From positions 248,001-312,000 of the forward strand of contig CAXBME010000001.1 of NCBI GenBank assembly GCA_963976765.1: a DNA stretch of 64,000 nt, written 5' to 3'. The translations under genes were made by a program, and so were the position numbers. The stretch comes from an uncultured Planctomycetaceae bacterium (GTDB taxonomy: Bacteria > Planctomycetota > Planctomycetia > Planctomycetales > Planctomycetaceae). Shown one piece after another: positions 51,701 through 60,560 of this stretch (within the stretch, counting starts at the first letter, position 1; every line of letters begins with the position of its first letter). Below the pieces are notes generated by a model, which ran no database searches, had not been told where the DNA came from, and was given only the letters and a program-made list of their open reading frames with translations.

Positions 51701-51818
51701 CCAGCAACAGTGCTCGCAGCAGAACAAAGCTCAAGCGGCTTTGGTGGCTGGGAATCTGGCGGTGTCTGGTGTCTGAAACAGAGGCTGCCGCAGTCGCGCT
51801 GGAGAATTGGCGGAGCAT
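48702..51818 (-). CDS. Inverse autotransporter-like beta-barrel with beta-helix passenger
   Basis: Barrel strands GANLGLGYRQW, FNQVGVSLE, GNVYIPVG and EAMPGVDFEFG, followed by ~650 aa of G/T/N/S-rich parallel beta-helix-like repeats. Confidence 0.75.
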   Translation of the reverse strand: MLRQFSSATAAASVSDTRHRQIPSHQSRLSFVLLRALLLASVLSGMSSVTYGQFGSDLFDEFNANENRTRGFDSDDAPPLQRIDNGATNWRARVGHLAFETFGRDSSITHVELMPMIPLDNAALYSDWRLFIDNHGEIGANLGLGYRQWIEELDHVVGASIWYDGDNTSTEYFNQVGVSLEMMGDDWDVFGNVYIPVGDDTKNFSVRNTNSRFGAGGTSILFDQVKDRGEAMPGVDFEFGFLIPTDFAHEHEVRAYAGWYFFSGDETDDINGVKVRLQGDINQVMTAQVEFTEDDEFGTNVIFGGSLVLPGSLSAERPSARRRERHLGRFSQRNYNVIVSRRIQTQTGITAVNPSTAAGYSVAQISADGDLPSTSDILLVQAGTTLTSAITLADGQFLLGEKTGQQIVADGFGLIDVPDFSAGTGTPIIDSVAGNAVTLASNSRVAGLSITNATGHGIIGSGMSNVTLSDLTVSGSGLDNLFLENVAGPTTLTGLTLGDATGASFHLDGSTADVTLAGAISNTMGRSLLIENTSADTTVDLRNATVQDSGSGVLISTVAGDVQLKDVTVTGGTGTGIEVTGNTGTVIFNGLTSVSGNAGPGIHVHDTVDDAGTTDVVEGQVFFNEVNIAANGQTGLLASNASSLQIINGTIAATNSGAVANISDSLIDVRLRSIFADGGPFAVNIADTAGTFAALGDGSRTAGSGGLIQNTTTGVTLSNAGTVFLQFVDFDQNQHVLSDVGSSSITVAAANISNTTGGALSPNTMFVTQNTKGLEISGSNINTGNTIGLLNGTVNTVDSYSYAFANNSLVSDAGDLFNLSTQAGGEGASLTVVASGNLMTLNSAGTDAFDINWNGPSAVAINSNTLTGVASSTTGLRFNGASTTALSTVAVQNNDFRFDGAGGTGANIVAAGQSLLTIASNTLDFNGQTGVGMSLTLLEAGDVGIFSNLLTDDGGAATAVLFPTIADQSRVTIENNQFLFNSPSLAMDRGIIFQAVETGGTVSLSGSINNVINGATTTHQIPNNSTTGGFPVNGAFVP

Positions 51819-52114
51819 CAGGACGGATCCTTCCGGCCTCAAAATTCAACGCGCACGAGCAAAGATTTCGCGCTGGTCGAATTGAGAGTACGAAGATGTG
51901 AAGTGGGATTAGCTGGTCGCGAAATGAGTTCTGGAGGGGGCTTCAATTCACAGGAACAAGGGCAGGGAATGCCCGGACGGGGTGTTGAGGAATCTCAAAA
52001 TCGTCCCTGAGAACTGCAGCGCCGCGAAAGATAGCACAAAACCACCGACCACCGGCAAGTTCAGTTCAAGTCGCAGCCCGCCGCTGCCGACAGCCTGGCT
52101 TTCGGAAATTAAGT

Positions 52115-52891
52115 TTGCCGCAGATACACGCGGATAAACGCAGATATTGCTGGTGAAGAGACGCGGAATCTGAGTGATTCTTTGTCGAGCCTGATTGTGC
52201 AGAAACAAAAACAGGAAAAGAAGAAGCTTGAAAATACGAAAGCCTCAAAACTTCCTCCCCCGCAGTCTTTCGTCATCTTGAACATATGCGTCCATCTGCG
52301 AAAGTATGCGGCCAACTCACCGCCTGTACTCACCGCTGAGTCAAAGCAACCCGTTTCACCTGAACACGCGGCGTTCCGAAGTTGATCAGCAGGCACAGCG
52401 GCAGGCCGGTGGCTTTCAGGTAGTTCAGACATTGGGCCAGGTGGGCGTCGTCCAGGTTTTTTACGGCTTTCAACTCAATGATGACCTGCTCGTTGACCAG
52501 CAGGTCGACGAAAAATTCTCCAACGACCGTGCCGTCGTACAGGACGTTGATCGGGTACTGCTGGCGGAAATCGAGTTTGGCTTTGCGCAGTTCGTGAGCC
52601 ATCGCGTTTTCGTAGACTTTTTCCAGGAAGCCCGGCCCCAGCGTGTTGGACATTTTGAATGCACAGCCGATGATCTTTTCAGTCAGAGGGTTCAGGTGGT
52701 CAAGGTCCATGATTTTTCCTCTGTTTTAATTGGCCGCAGATTTACGCGGATGGACGCAGATGTTTCTGATAGGGTGAACTGGAGATGGCGATTGAAAATT
52801 TTTGTGTCAACTTAAGGGACGTCTGAAAACCGGTCGCATCGAATTCCGTCTCGCCCTGAATATCTGCGTTTATCCGCGTAAATCTGCGGCC
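52115..52891. repeat. Four ~33-bp repeats (+,-,+,-) flanking the GxxExxY gene
   Basis: R1 52117-52148(+), R2 52281-52315(-), R3 52730-52764(+), R4 52859-52891(-); consensus GGCCGCAGATTTACGCGGATRRACGCAGATRTT. Confidence 0.9.
52330..52710 (-). CDS. GxxExxY protein (PD-(D/E)xK-like family)
   Basis: LGPGFLEKVYENA, DLLV, IIELKAV, AQCLNYLK and LLINFG motifs; RBS AGAGGA upstream. Confidence 0.95.
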   Translation of the reverse strand: MDLDHLNPLTEKIIGCAFKMSNTLGPGFLEKVYENAMAHELRKAKLDFRQQYPINVLYDGTVVGEFFVDLLVNEQVIIELKAVKNLDDAHLAQCLNYLKATGLPLCLLINFGTPRVQVKRVALTQR

Positions 52892-53507
52892 TGTTCCTCC
52901 TGACCTGTTGGCCGGCAGAAAACGACCCTACATCAGGAACCTGCGGATGTCGGCGAGTTCTTCGTCGCGGCGATGGTAGCCGGTGATTTCGATCAGGTGG
53001 GCGGCTTCGGCGAGGTCCATTTGAGGAGTGCGGCCCGGCCACGGGTATTCCGGGTTGGGGTTGGTCGGGAAAGGTGAGTCGAGATGGGTGGGGAGGCCGA
53101 AGAGGCGGACTCGGTAGAGGAGCGTGTCGATCAGGTGCAGACGCATGCCGCCTTCGTAGTTCTTTGCCGGATCGTTGCCGCCGCGAGTTGCCACGGCGAA
53201 GGCTTCGTTCAGCCGCTGCACGCTCATGCCCCACTCGCCAGCCAACGCGTGCAGCCAGGCACTCGGCAGCAAAGCACGTGGCATGTCGTCGCTGTTGTTG
53301 GACTGGCGGAGCGTGGTCAGTGCGGTGTCCAGGGCGGTGCGGGCCTGCGGCAGATGCTGGTCGGGCGAGTCCAGCACGGCTCGCAACAGCGACACGCGGC
53401 CCAGCGTCAGATGGTTCAACGACACGTCGAGCAGATTGCGTGACCCGCGCATCACGATATCGAGGGAGGTCTGGGCGCGGTGCTCGACGGCGGCGAGGTC
53501 TTCTGAA

Positions 53508-53586
53508 ATCAGCCGCAACGCGCTAGCGTCCGGTTGCTGCGCCGGCGGATGTACGGAAAACCGTGGGCTAGCGCCCTGCGGCTGAT
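53508..53586. repeat. REP-like palindromic doublet inside the STAND gene, frame intact
   Basis: atcagccgcaacgcgctagcgtccggtt ... aaccgtgggctagcgccctgcggctgat. Confidence 0.85.
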
Positions 53587-54336
53587 GGGGCACGGCGCGC
53601 CACGCGGCACGCTCGGCGGGGGCGAGCGACAGGTCACAATACTTGTAGCCTGGCGTCGAGTAGAGCAGCGGGTAGCCGGGCTGCCTCTCGGCCTGCAGAG
53701 TCTCGGCCTCGGCGAACAGCGTGCGGCTGTCGTCCAGTTTACCCGCGTGGTGCAGCGCGTCGCCGTGCGTGGTGCGTTTGCTCATTCGCCCGAAGGCGTC
53801 TTTGCTGCGGTCGGCGTACGTGACGGACTGCGCCGCCGTCGACTCGGCGGCGGGAACGTCGCCGAGCGTGAGTTCCAGTTCGCTGAGGTTGCCGGCGGTG
53901 ATCGATGCATACTCCCAGTTCTCATCTCGCTCATAGAGATCGATCGTGGCTCGCATTGGCTCGCGGGCCTCGGCGAGGCGGTTCAGCGCGCGGAGGCTGA
54001 AGGCGGCTTCGCTCAGCAGCCAGGCCTGGGCGGCGGGTGTCAGCTCGGACGCGAGTCGCGACCACGGCTCGACGAAGAAACAGGCCACCGCTGTGAGGTC
54101 CAGCCCCAGCAGCCCGAGTTTGTGTGTGCTGTAGCTGGCGTGCGATCCGGCGGTGCCGCGCAGGATGCGGTTGCAATACACATCCTCGCAGACTTCCTGG
54201 AAGCGTCCGGCCTGGCAGCCGTGGGCGACGGCCTGGTACAGCGGGAGCAGGCCGTCGCGACCCTCGGGCCAGTACGGCACGCTCGCGCACAGATGCTCGT
54301 ACAGCCGCCGCTGCGCTGCCTGGAACGCGTTTCCTG

Positions 54337-54415
54337 ATGAGCGCGTAGGCGCTAGCCTCGGGCATTGCCGCTCCGGAATCGACGTTCAGGCCCGCGCCTG
54401 GCGCCGTCGGCTCAC
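54337..54415. repeat. Second REP-like doublet inside the STAND gene, at the frameshift
   Basis: atgagcgcgtaggcgctagcctcgggc ... ggcccgcgcctggcgccgtcggctcac. Confidence 0.75.
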
Positions 54416-56371
54416 TTAGCCTCCACGCGAAGTATTCGCGCAGCAGCGGGTGAGCGTCGAGGGAATGGTTGAGGGGCAAGGGCTGAGAGACGAGGGCAAA
54501 GGGCTGCGGCGGGCCGAGGTCGTGTCGGTACTCGCCTTCGTTCCAGACGGCTTTCGCGTCTTCTTCGCTGTAGCCGGTGACTTCGACCGGGTGCCACTCA
54601 GAGGTTTCGATCAGATTCAGGCCGCGCAGCCGGTTCACCGCGGCGGTCCACTGGCGTTTGCCGAGTCCCGCCAGCGGCTCGCTCAGACCGGGCAGCGGTT
54701 GTTCGCACAGAGCGGCCAGACAATCGGGCGTGGCCGGGCGGTCGAACAGGCCCAGCAGGCGCAGGATGGCGACTTCCACCTCGCGGTTTTCCTTCAGCAG
54801 CCAGTCTTCGTACGCGGCGAACACTCGGAACGCGTGGCCGCGGCCTTCTCGCACTTCGCTGGTTTCATGATCGGCTGCCTCAAACCTGAAACAGTCGCGC
54901 TGGGCAATGTCCGGCGGGTCGAACGCCAGCTTCAGAAATCGACCCGCCAGCGACAGCGTCAGAGCGTGGCCTTTCACCTCGCGGCTGGCCTGTTCGAGTT
55001 CGGAGTCTGGCCCTGTCACGCCGTGAGCCTTCAGCACGGCGGCTCCGGCTGCGTCGGTGAGATGGTCGAGCGGTCGGCGCGGCGTGGTCGAATCTTCGGT
55101 CGCGGCCAGGTCGGCGACCGGCTCCCGAGTCGTAACTACGCACAGCCCGCGACCGGACGTCTTCAGCCCGTCGAACAACGCGAGCAGGCCATCGTCCTGG
55201 AGTTCTCCCGTCTGAGGCCCGGGCGGATGCTGCAGCGGCTCCAGCCCGTCCAGAATCAGCAGCGTGCGGTGTTGCGAGGCCAGAGCCGCCAGTCTCGCCC
55301 CCTTGTCCCACGCCGGAGCCGGACTGTCAGCCAGTTCTGAGTCGCCGAAGAATTTAAGAGCTTCCGCCAGGAACGACGTGGCATCGCCCACGGAACGCGC
55401 AGCCGCACCGTCCGCCGAGTCCCGCGTGCCCTGACTGTAGAACGACCAGTCAAAATACCGCTCGACCCCGCCGTGCCCTTCGCGAGCCAGAAGCAAGTTC
55501 TTCCACCGCGACGCCACCGTCGTCTTTCCAGCCCCGCCAACCGCCACCAGAGACACAACTCTCGCCCGCTGCTGTTTCTCAGCCAGAGCGTCGTCCCACA
55601 TCAGGTCCAGCTCCGCCAGCACGTCGTCGCGACCTTCAAACACGCCCGTATCATGCGACTTCGGCAGCCGGGAAGCCGCAGCAATCAACGGTTCGGGCAG
55701 GAGAGACTGTCCTTCCAGATAGAAGTCGCGAGGTTTGTCCTCGTTACGAGCCAGCCGCTGGAGAATGTACGTCACGGCCTGTTCAGGCGTGACATCATCA
55801 ATGGGGATGAAACCTTCGAGATCGTGCAGACCAGGGATCTCGGCATCATCGGCCCGGAACAGCATGACCTGCTTCGAATTCCCTTCCTTGATGTGCGAGT
55901 AAATCGCCCGCCACTCCAGGCCGCACCACTCACGTTCGACGTACTCCCCGCACAGAACGACGACAATCAGGTCAGACTCCTTGCGGTACAGGTCTGGCAG
56001 ATCGAACGTGAGATTTGCATCGGCGAACTCGGCCGTGTGATACCGGTCGTAGAGCACCGCATCCTGGTCAAATCTCTCTGCAAGCGCGTCGGCAACCTGT
56101 TTGACGTACTCACGCTGCCCGCGCGGGAAGGACAGCGCAACTCGAAATCGTCGGGGAGAATTCATAGCTGCAGGCTCATCACTGGTCCGACAATGCTTCA
56201 GCATCCACTGCGGCACAGCAGACGTTCAGACTGGAATTGAACATCTGTTGCGCCGTTTATCAAGCGCAGGATGGTCAGAACGTTCTGTCTCTACAACCTG
56301 CCGAAAACAACGGGCTCAAGGAGTCAGCTTTTGCCGGCTGCTTTGTACAACTTACCGGCGTGAAGGGAGTG

Positions 56372-59300
56372 TCACTCGGAGACTTTCGCCCATTGTTTTT
56401 CGAGGCGTACATCGGAGATGGGGATTGCGGTGCGGAGTTCCTGGGCGAACAGCGAGACCCGGTATTCTTCGAGCATCCAGCGGTAGTGCTCGAGTTCCGG
56501 GTCGTAGATGTCGCGTTCGCGATGTTCTTCCGCGCGGTACTCGTACAGGCCGACCAGGTCTTCGATCGCCTGTTGGGCACGGCTGTCTTTCTGGACGCCG
56601 CTTTTCGGCAGCTTCTGAAGTCGGACGGTCGCGGCTTCGAAGTAGCGAGGGTACTGCCTCACCCATCCCCAGGCGGCGTTCGTCAGGAAGCCGGGCTGAG
56701 TTAACGCGGCGATCTGTTTTTTGACATCGTCCGCCGCGTACTTCCAGTGCGGAGAACTTGTGGCGTTGATCGTCTTTCTGAGCGTCGCGTATCCGGACAT
56801 GATCGCTCCAGCCAGCGCGATGACATCCTGAGTCGCGACGGGAATCAGGCTCTTCGCTTTTTTGAGTCGCTGCTGGAAGTCGGCTTCGGTTCGCGGGTAC
56901 GGGCCTTTCTCGGGAAAGAGTGCTCGGTCGACGATGAGGTCGCCGAGGTTCTGCTGAAACGCCACGGCTCCACCCATCGCCGCACTCAGCATGACCCACT
57001 CGTTCATGCGCGGGATGTTGTCGACCTGATCTTTGACGAACCGCGCCAGAGCGATCGCGGCCAGACGCCGGATCCCCGCGCGAGTTTCCAGAGCCGATCG
57101 CGCCGGCAGGTCTCGCAGTCTCAACGAAACCGTTTCGCCGTCGTCAATCAGCGTTGGGTAACCCTTCAACGAAATCGAACCTCGCTGCACGGTGACCTGA
57201 GCGGGAAGTTCGCCGAAGTCCCACGCCTTCAGACCGTCGCGTTGCCAGCGGTCGTCGTCGATTTTTGAGAAGCTTGTCGATGCCTGGCTTCCGATCTGCT
57301 GCCGAATTGATTTCAAGTCGCGACCGGTGGCGAGTGACTCGCCATCCTCGTTCACAATCCGCACGTTCATCCGCAGGTGATTCGGAAGCCGCTCTTCCTG
57401 AAAGTCTGAAACGGCGACCGGTTCGCGAGCGATCTCAGTCAGCAGCCCCGCGACCGTCTGTTCAAAGTTGCCCTGTCCGAAGTCCAGTTTCGAAGCGACT
57501 TGTTTCGCGGTGTCGGCCGCCGGGACGAACTGACGACGCAGCGACTTCGGCAACGATTTAATCAGTGCCGCGACTTTCTCTTCGACAAGTCCGGGGACCA
57601 GCCAGCCGAGACGATTCTGATCAATCTGGTTGAACGCTTCCTGCGGCAGTTCGAGCGTGACGCCGTCTTCGGGCGAGCCTGGTTCCAGGTGATAGTCGAT
57701 TGGTAACTGAAGCTGGCCGATTTTGACCGCGTCGGGAAATTCCTGTCCGGTGACTTCTTCCGTGCCCGTTCGTCGAAGATCGACCTTCTGCATGTTGAGC
57801 AGCCCGCGGCGATTCTTCTCCGCCTTGCGCAGCCAGCGTTTCAAGTGGTGCAGGTCGGCGACTTCTTTCGGAATTCGCTTGTCGTAAAACTCGAAACGTT
57901 CGTCGTCGTCAACGACCAGGTCGAAGCGTCGCGTCCGAGTCTGCAAGCCTTCCAGCTCTTCCATCAGTCGAGCGTTGTGTCGCAGAAACGGAAGATCGAT
58001 TTCGAGATGGCCTTCGACGAGACCCTCGCGAATCATCATCTCGCGAGACAGCTCCGGATCGACTTTCGCGTACCGCGTGCGGCGGCGAGGAACGACTGGA
58101 ATACCGAACAGTGTTACCTTTTCGAAGGCCATGGCCGAACCGGCCTGACTGTCCCATTCCGGATCGCTGTAAGTTTTCTTCATCAGGTGCCCGGCGATCG
58201 GCTCGATCCAGTCCGGGTTGATGCGGGCGACAGTGCGGACGTACCGCCTGGTCGTTTCAACCAGCTCCGCTGCGACGATCCACTTGGGTTTTTCCTTGAA
58301 CAGTCCCGAGCCCGGCCAGATTGAGACCTTCTGGTTACCCGCTGCGGTGTATTCCCGCGGGTCGGTCAGCAGAGCGATGCTCGCCAGAAATCCGGTCAGC
58401 AACGCCCGATGGATGGCGTCGAAGTTGTCCTGTCGTTTCGTTGGTTTGAGTCCGACTTCGGCGACCAGTTCACTGAGCTGATGATGAATGTCGACCCACT
58501 CGCGCATCCGGTTATACGAAAGAAAATTCTGCTGACACGCTTTGCGAAGCTGGCCGCGGGACGCTCCACTGCGGACCTTGTGGTAGAAGTCCCACAATTT
58601 CAGATAACTCATGAAGTCAGAATTCGTGTCCTGAAACTTCGCGTGAGCTTCGTCGGCTGCCTGCTGCTTATCGATCGGTCGGTCGCGAGGATCCTGCAAC
58701 TCCAGCGCGGCGGCGATAATCAGAACTTCGTGCAGACAGTTCTCTTCGTGGCCGCCCAGGATTAACCGCCCGACTCGCGGATCGACCGGCAATCGACTGA
58801 GCTGCCGGCCGACTTCGGTGATCTGATTCTTCTCGTCGATCGCTCCGAGTTCGTACAGGCTGCGATACCCGTCGGTGATCGTCCCGGTGCGAGGCGGTTC
58901 GAGAAACGGGAAATTTTCCAGCGGCCCCATTCGCAGCGCGGTCGTTTGAAGAATGACCGCCGCCAGATTCGTGCGTTGAATTTCGGGAGCCGTGTACGCG
59001 TCCCGGCCTTTGTAGTCGTCTTCCGAGTAAAGCCGAACGCAGATGCCCGGCCCGATTCGTCCGCAGCGACCGGCTCGCTGATTGGCTGACGCCTGTGAAA
59101 TCGGCTCGACCGGCAACCGTTGCATGCGCGACCGCGCCGAGTAGCGACTGATTCTGGCTGTGCCCGAATCGATGACGTAATGAATGCCCGGCACGGTAAG
59201 CGATGATTCCGCGACGTTCGTGGCAATCACGATGCGCCGGTGCGGCTGCGTTTGAAAGATGCGGCTTTGTTCCTTCGTCGAAAGTCGGGCGTACAGCGGC

Positions 59301-60370
59301 AGGATGTCTGTCTTCTGGCCATTGGAGATTTTGCCGAGCAGCCGGCCTCGCAGCGACTTTGCTGTTTCGTGGATGTCCCGTTCGGTCGGCATGAAAATCA
59401 GAATGTCGCCAGGTCCGTCGAGCATGACTTCGTCGACGGCGTCCAGCACGGCTGTCTGCATGTCGGCTTCGGAGCGACGACGATTGTTTGGTGGACTGCC
59501 CTTTTTAGGCGTCTGTTCTTCGTCTTTGGCATCGGGGTCAAACGGCGGGCGGTAACGGATCTCGACCGGGTAAGTTCGTCCCGAAACTTCGATCACCGGT
59601 GCAGGCTGGTCGCCTCGTCCAAAATGTTCGGCAAACCGTTTTGCGTCGATCGTCGCCGACGTGATGATCACTTTCAGATCCGGACGTCGCGGCAGAATCT
59701 GCTTCAGTCGACCGAGCAGGAAGTCGATGTTGAGCGACCGCTCGTGAGCTTCGTCGATGATGATCGTGTCGTACTGCTCGAAGAATCGATCACCCTGTGA
59801 TTCGGCCAGCAGAATTCCGTCGGTCATCAGTTTGACGTAAGTGTTCGGGCTGGTTGTGTCGGTGAATCGAATTTTAAATCCGACCGCGTTGCCGATGGGC
59901 GAGCCGAGTTCCTCAGAGACTCGTGCCGCGACCGAGCGGGCAGCGATCCGTCGCGGCTGAGTGTGCCCGATCGTTCCCGCGACACCTCGGCCCATTCCCA
60001 GGCAGATCAGCGGAAGCTGCGTCGACTTCCCCGAACCGGTTTCACCGCACAGAATGACGACCTGATTTTTTTCGATCGCGTTCGCAATTTCGTCCCGGCG
60101 AGCGCTGACGGGAAGGTCAGCGTTCAGTGTTACGGCTGGTAAATCGGCAGCGCGCGTTTCGCGCAGTTCAACCGACTTTGCCAGCGAGTCGGTGAGCCGT
60201 TTCAGGCTCCGATCGAACGGCTGTTTGCCTTTCGCCGCTCGCTGTACGGAGTCGAGTGACCGGCGCAGCCGAAACTGATCAGCCAGCATGGCTTGACCAA
60301 TCTGACGACGAATCTCGGAAAATGGCGGCGGAGACTGAGGCACGTGGATTCTGTGGCGAGAGCTGATCAA
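56372..60370 (-). CDS. hrpA: ATP-dependent RNA helicase HrpA (start codon uncertain)
   Basis: GETGSGKSTQLP, TQPRRIAA, DEAHERS, SATID and QRAGRCGR motifs; C-terminal DUF3418-like WMLEEYRVSLFAQEL. Confidence 0.96.
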   Translation of the reverse strand: MISSRHRIHVPQSPPPFSEIRRQIGQAMLADQFRLRRSLDSVQRAAKGKQPFDRSLKRLTDSLAKSVELRETRAADLPAVTLNADLPVSARRDEIANAIEKNQVVILCGETGSGKSTQLPLICLGMGRGVAGTIGHTQPRRIAARSVAARVSEELGSPIGNAVGFKIRFTDTTSPNTYVKLMTDGILLAESQGDRFFEQYDTIIIDEAHERSLNIDFLLGRLKQILPRRPDLKVIITSATIDAKRFAEHFGRGDQPAPVIEVSGRTYPVEIRYRPPFDPDAKDEEQTPKKGSPPNNRRRSEADMQTAVLDAVDEVMLDGPGDILIFMPTERDIHETAKSLRGRLLGKISNGQKTDILPLYARLSTKEQSRIFQTQPHRRIVIATNVAESSLTVPGIHYVIDSGTARISRYSARSRMQRLPVEPISQASANQRAGRCGRIGPGICVRLYSEDDYKGRDAYTAPEIQRTNLAAVILQTTALRMGPLENFPFLEPPRTGTITDGYRSLYELGAIDEKNQITEVGRQLSRLPVDPRVGRLILGGHEENCLHEVLIIAAALELQDPRDRPIDKQQAADEAHAKFQDTNSDFMSYLKLWDFYHKVRSGASRGQLRKACQQNFLSYNRMREWVDIHHQLSELVAEVGLKPTKRQDNFDAIHRALLTGFLASIALLTDPREYTAAGNQKVSIWPGSGLFKEKPKWIVAAELVETTRRYVRTVARINPDWIEPIAGHLMKKTYSDPEWDSQAGSAMAFEKVTLFGIPVVPRRRTRYAKVDPELSREMMIREGLVEGHLEIDLPFLRHNARLMEELEGLQTRTRRFDLVVDDDERFEFYDKRIPKEVADLHHLKRWLRKAEKNRRGLLNMQKVDLRRTGTEEVTGQEFPDAVKIGQLQLPIDYHLEPGSPEDGVTLELPQEAFNQIDQNRLGWLVPGLVEEKVAALIKSLPKSLRRQFVPAADTAKQVASKLDFGQGNFEQTVAGLLTEIAREPVAVSDFQEERLPNHLRMNVRIVNEDGESLATGRDLKSIRQQIGSQASTSFSKIDDDRWQRDGLKAWDFGELPAQVTVQRGSISLKGYPTLIDDGETVSLRLRDLPARSALETRAGIRRLAAIALARFVKDQVDNIPRMNEWVMLSAAMGGAVAFQQNLGDLIVDRALFPEKGPYPRTEADFQQRLKKAKSLIPVATQDVIALAGAIMSGYATLRKTINATSSPHWKYAADDVKKQIAALTQPGFLTNAAWGWVRQYPRYFEAATVRLQKLPKSGVQKDSRAQQAIEDLVGLYEYRAEEHRERDIYDPELEHYRWMLEEYRVSLFAQELRTAIPISDVRLEKQWAKVSE

Positions 60371-60424
60371 AGGGAGAAGGCGAGTTTTAACGGCAACTCA
60401 GAAGTCGGAACATGGAACGAAAAC

Positions 60425-60459
60425 GGCAGAAGGCAGAAAATTGTTTTCAGCCTTCAGCC
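60425..60459. repeat. Heptamer-based imperfect hairpin between divergent genes
   Basis: ggcagaaggcagaaaa-ttg-ttttcagccttcagcc (14 of 16 positions complementary). Confidence 0.6.
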
Positions 60460-60560
60460 TTTTGACTTCCACCTTTGAAAGGTTGTGATCGACAGGGGGA
60501 ACCGTTACCAAGCTCGCCTCAAAGGTAAACGGAATCTCAACAGCCGAGGTGGAGAGAGCG

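Larger units (their letters stand above)
52928..56165 (-). pseudogene. TIR-STAND NTPase-TPR (NLR-like) gene with one frameshift at ~54343; about 1078 aa if repaired
   Basis: TIR (FRVALSF...REWCGLEW), Walker A GGAGKTT, Walker B LLILDGLE and LDAHPLLREYF. The frame continues in ORF 52928..54280 (AFQAAQRRLYEHL...LYQAVAHGC...TPRs...GYHRRDEEL). Confidence 0.8.

Noticed and set aside
52115..52891. CRISPR array
   Set aside because: Repeats alternate in orientation with irregular spacing, and no cas genes are present.
53931..54340. Arg/Pro-rich C-terminus of the 761-aa ORF
   Set aside because: Out-of-frame read-through after the frameshift; the real sequence is in the other frame.
54330..54360. Programmed ribosomal frameshift or phase-variable tract
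   Set aside because: No slippery heptamer or homopolymer at the site; a single-base insertion explains it.
54467..54506. Degenerate gaggg-rich short repeats in the STAND gene
   Set aside because: Too decayed to define a repeat unit.
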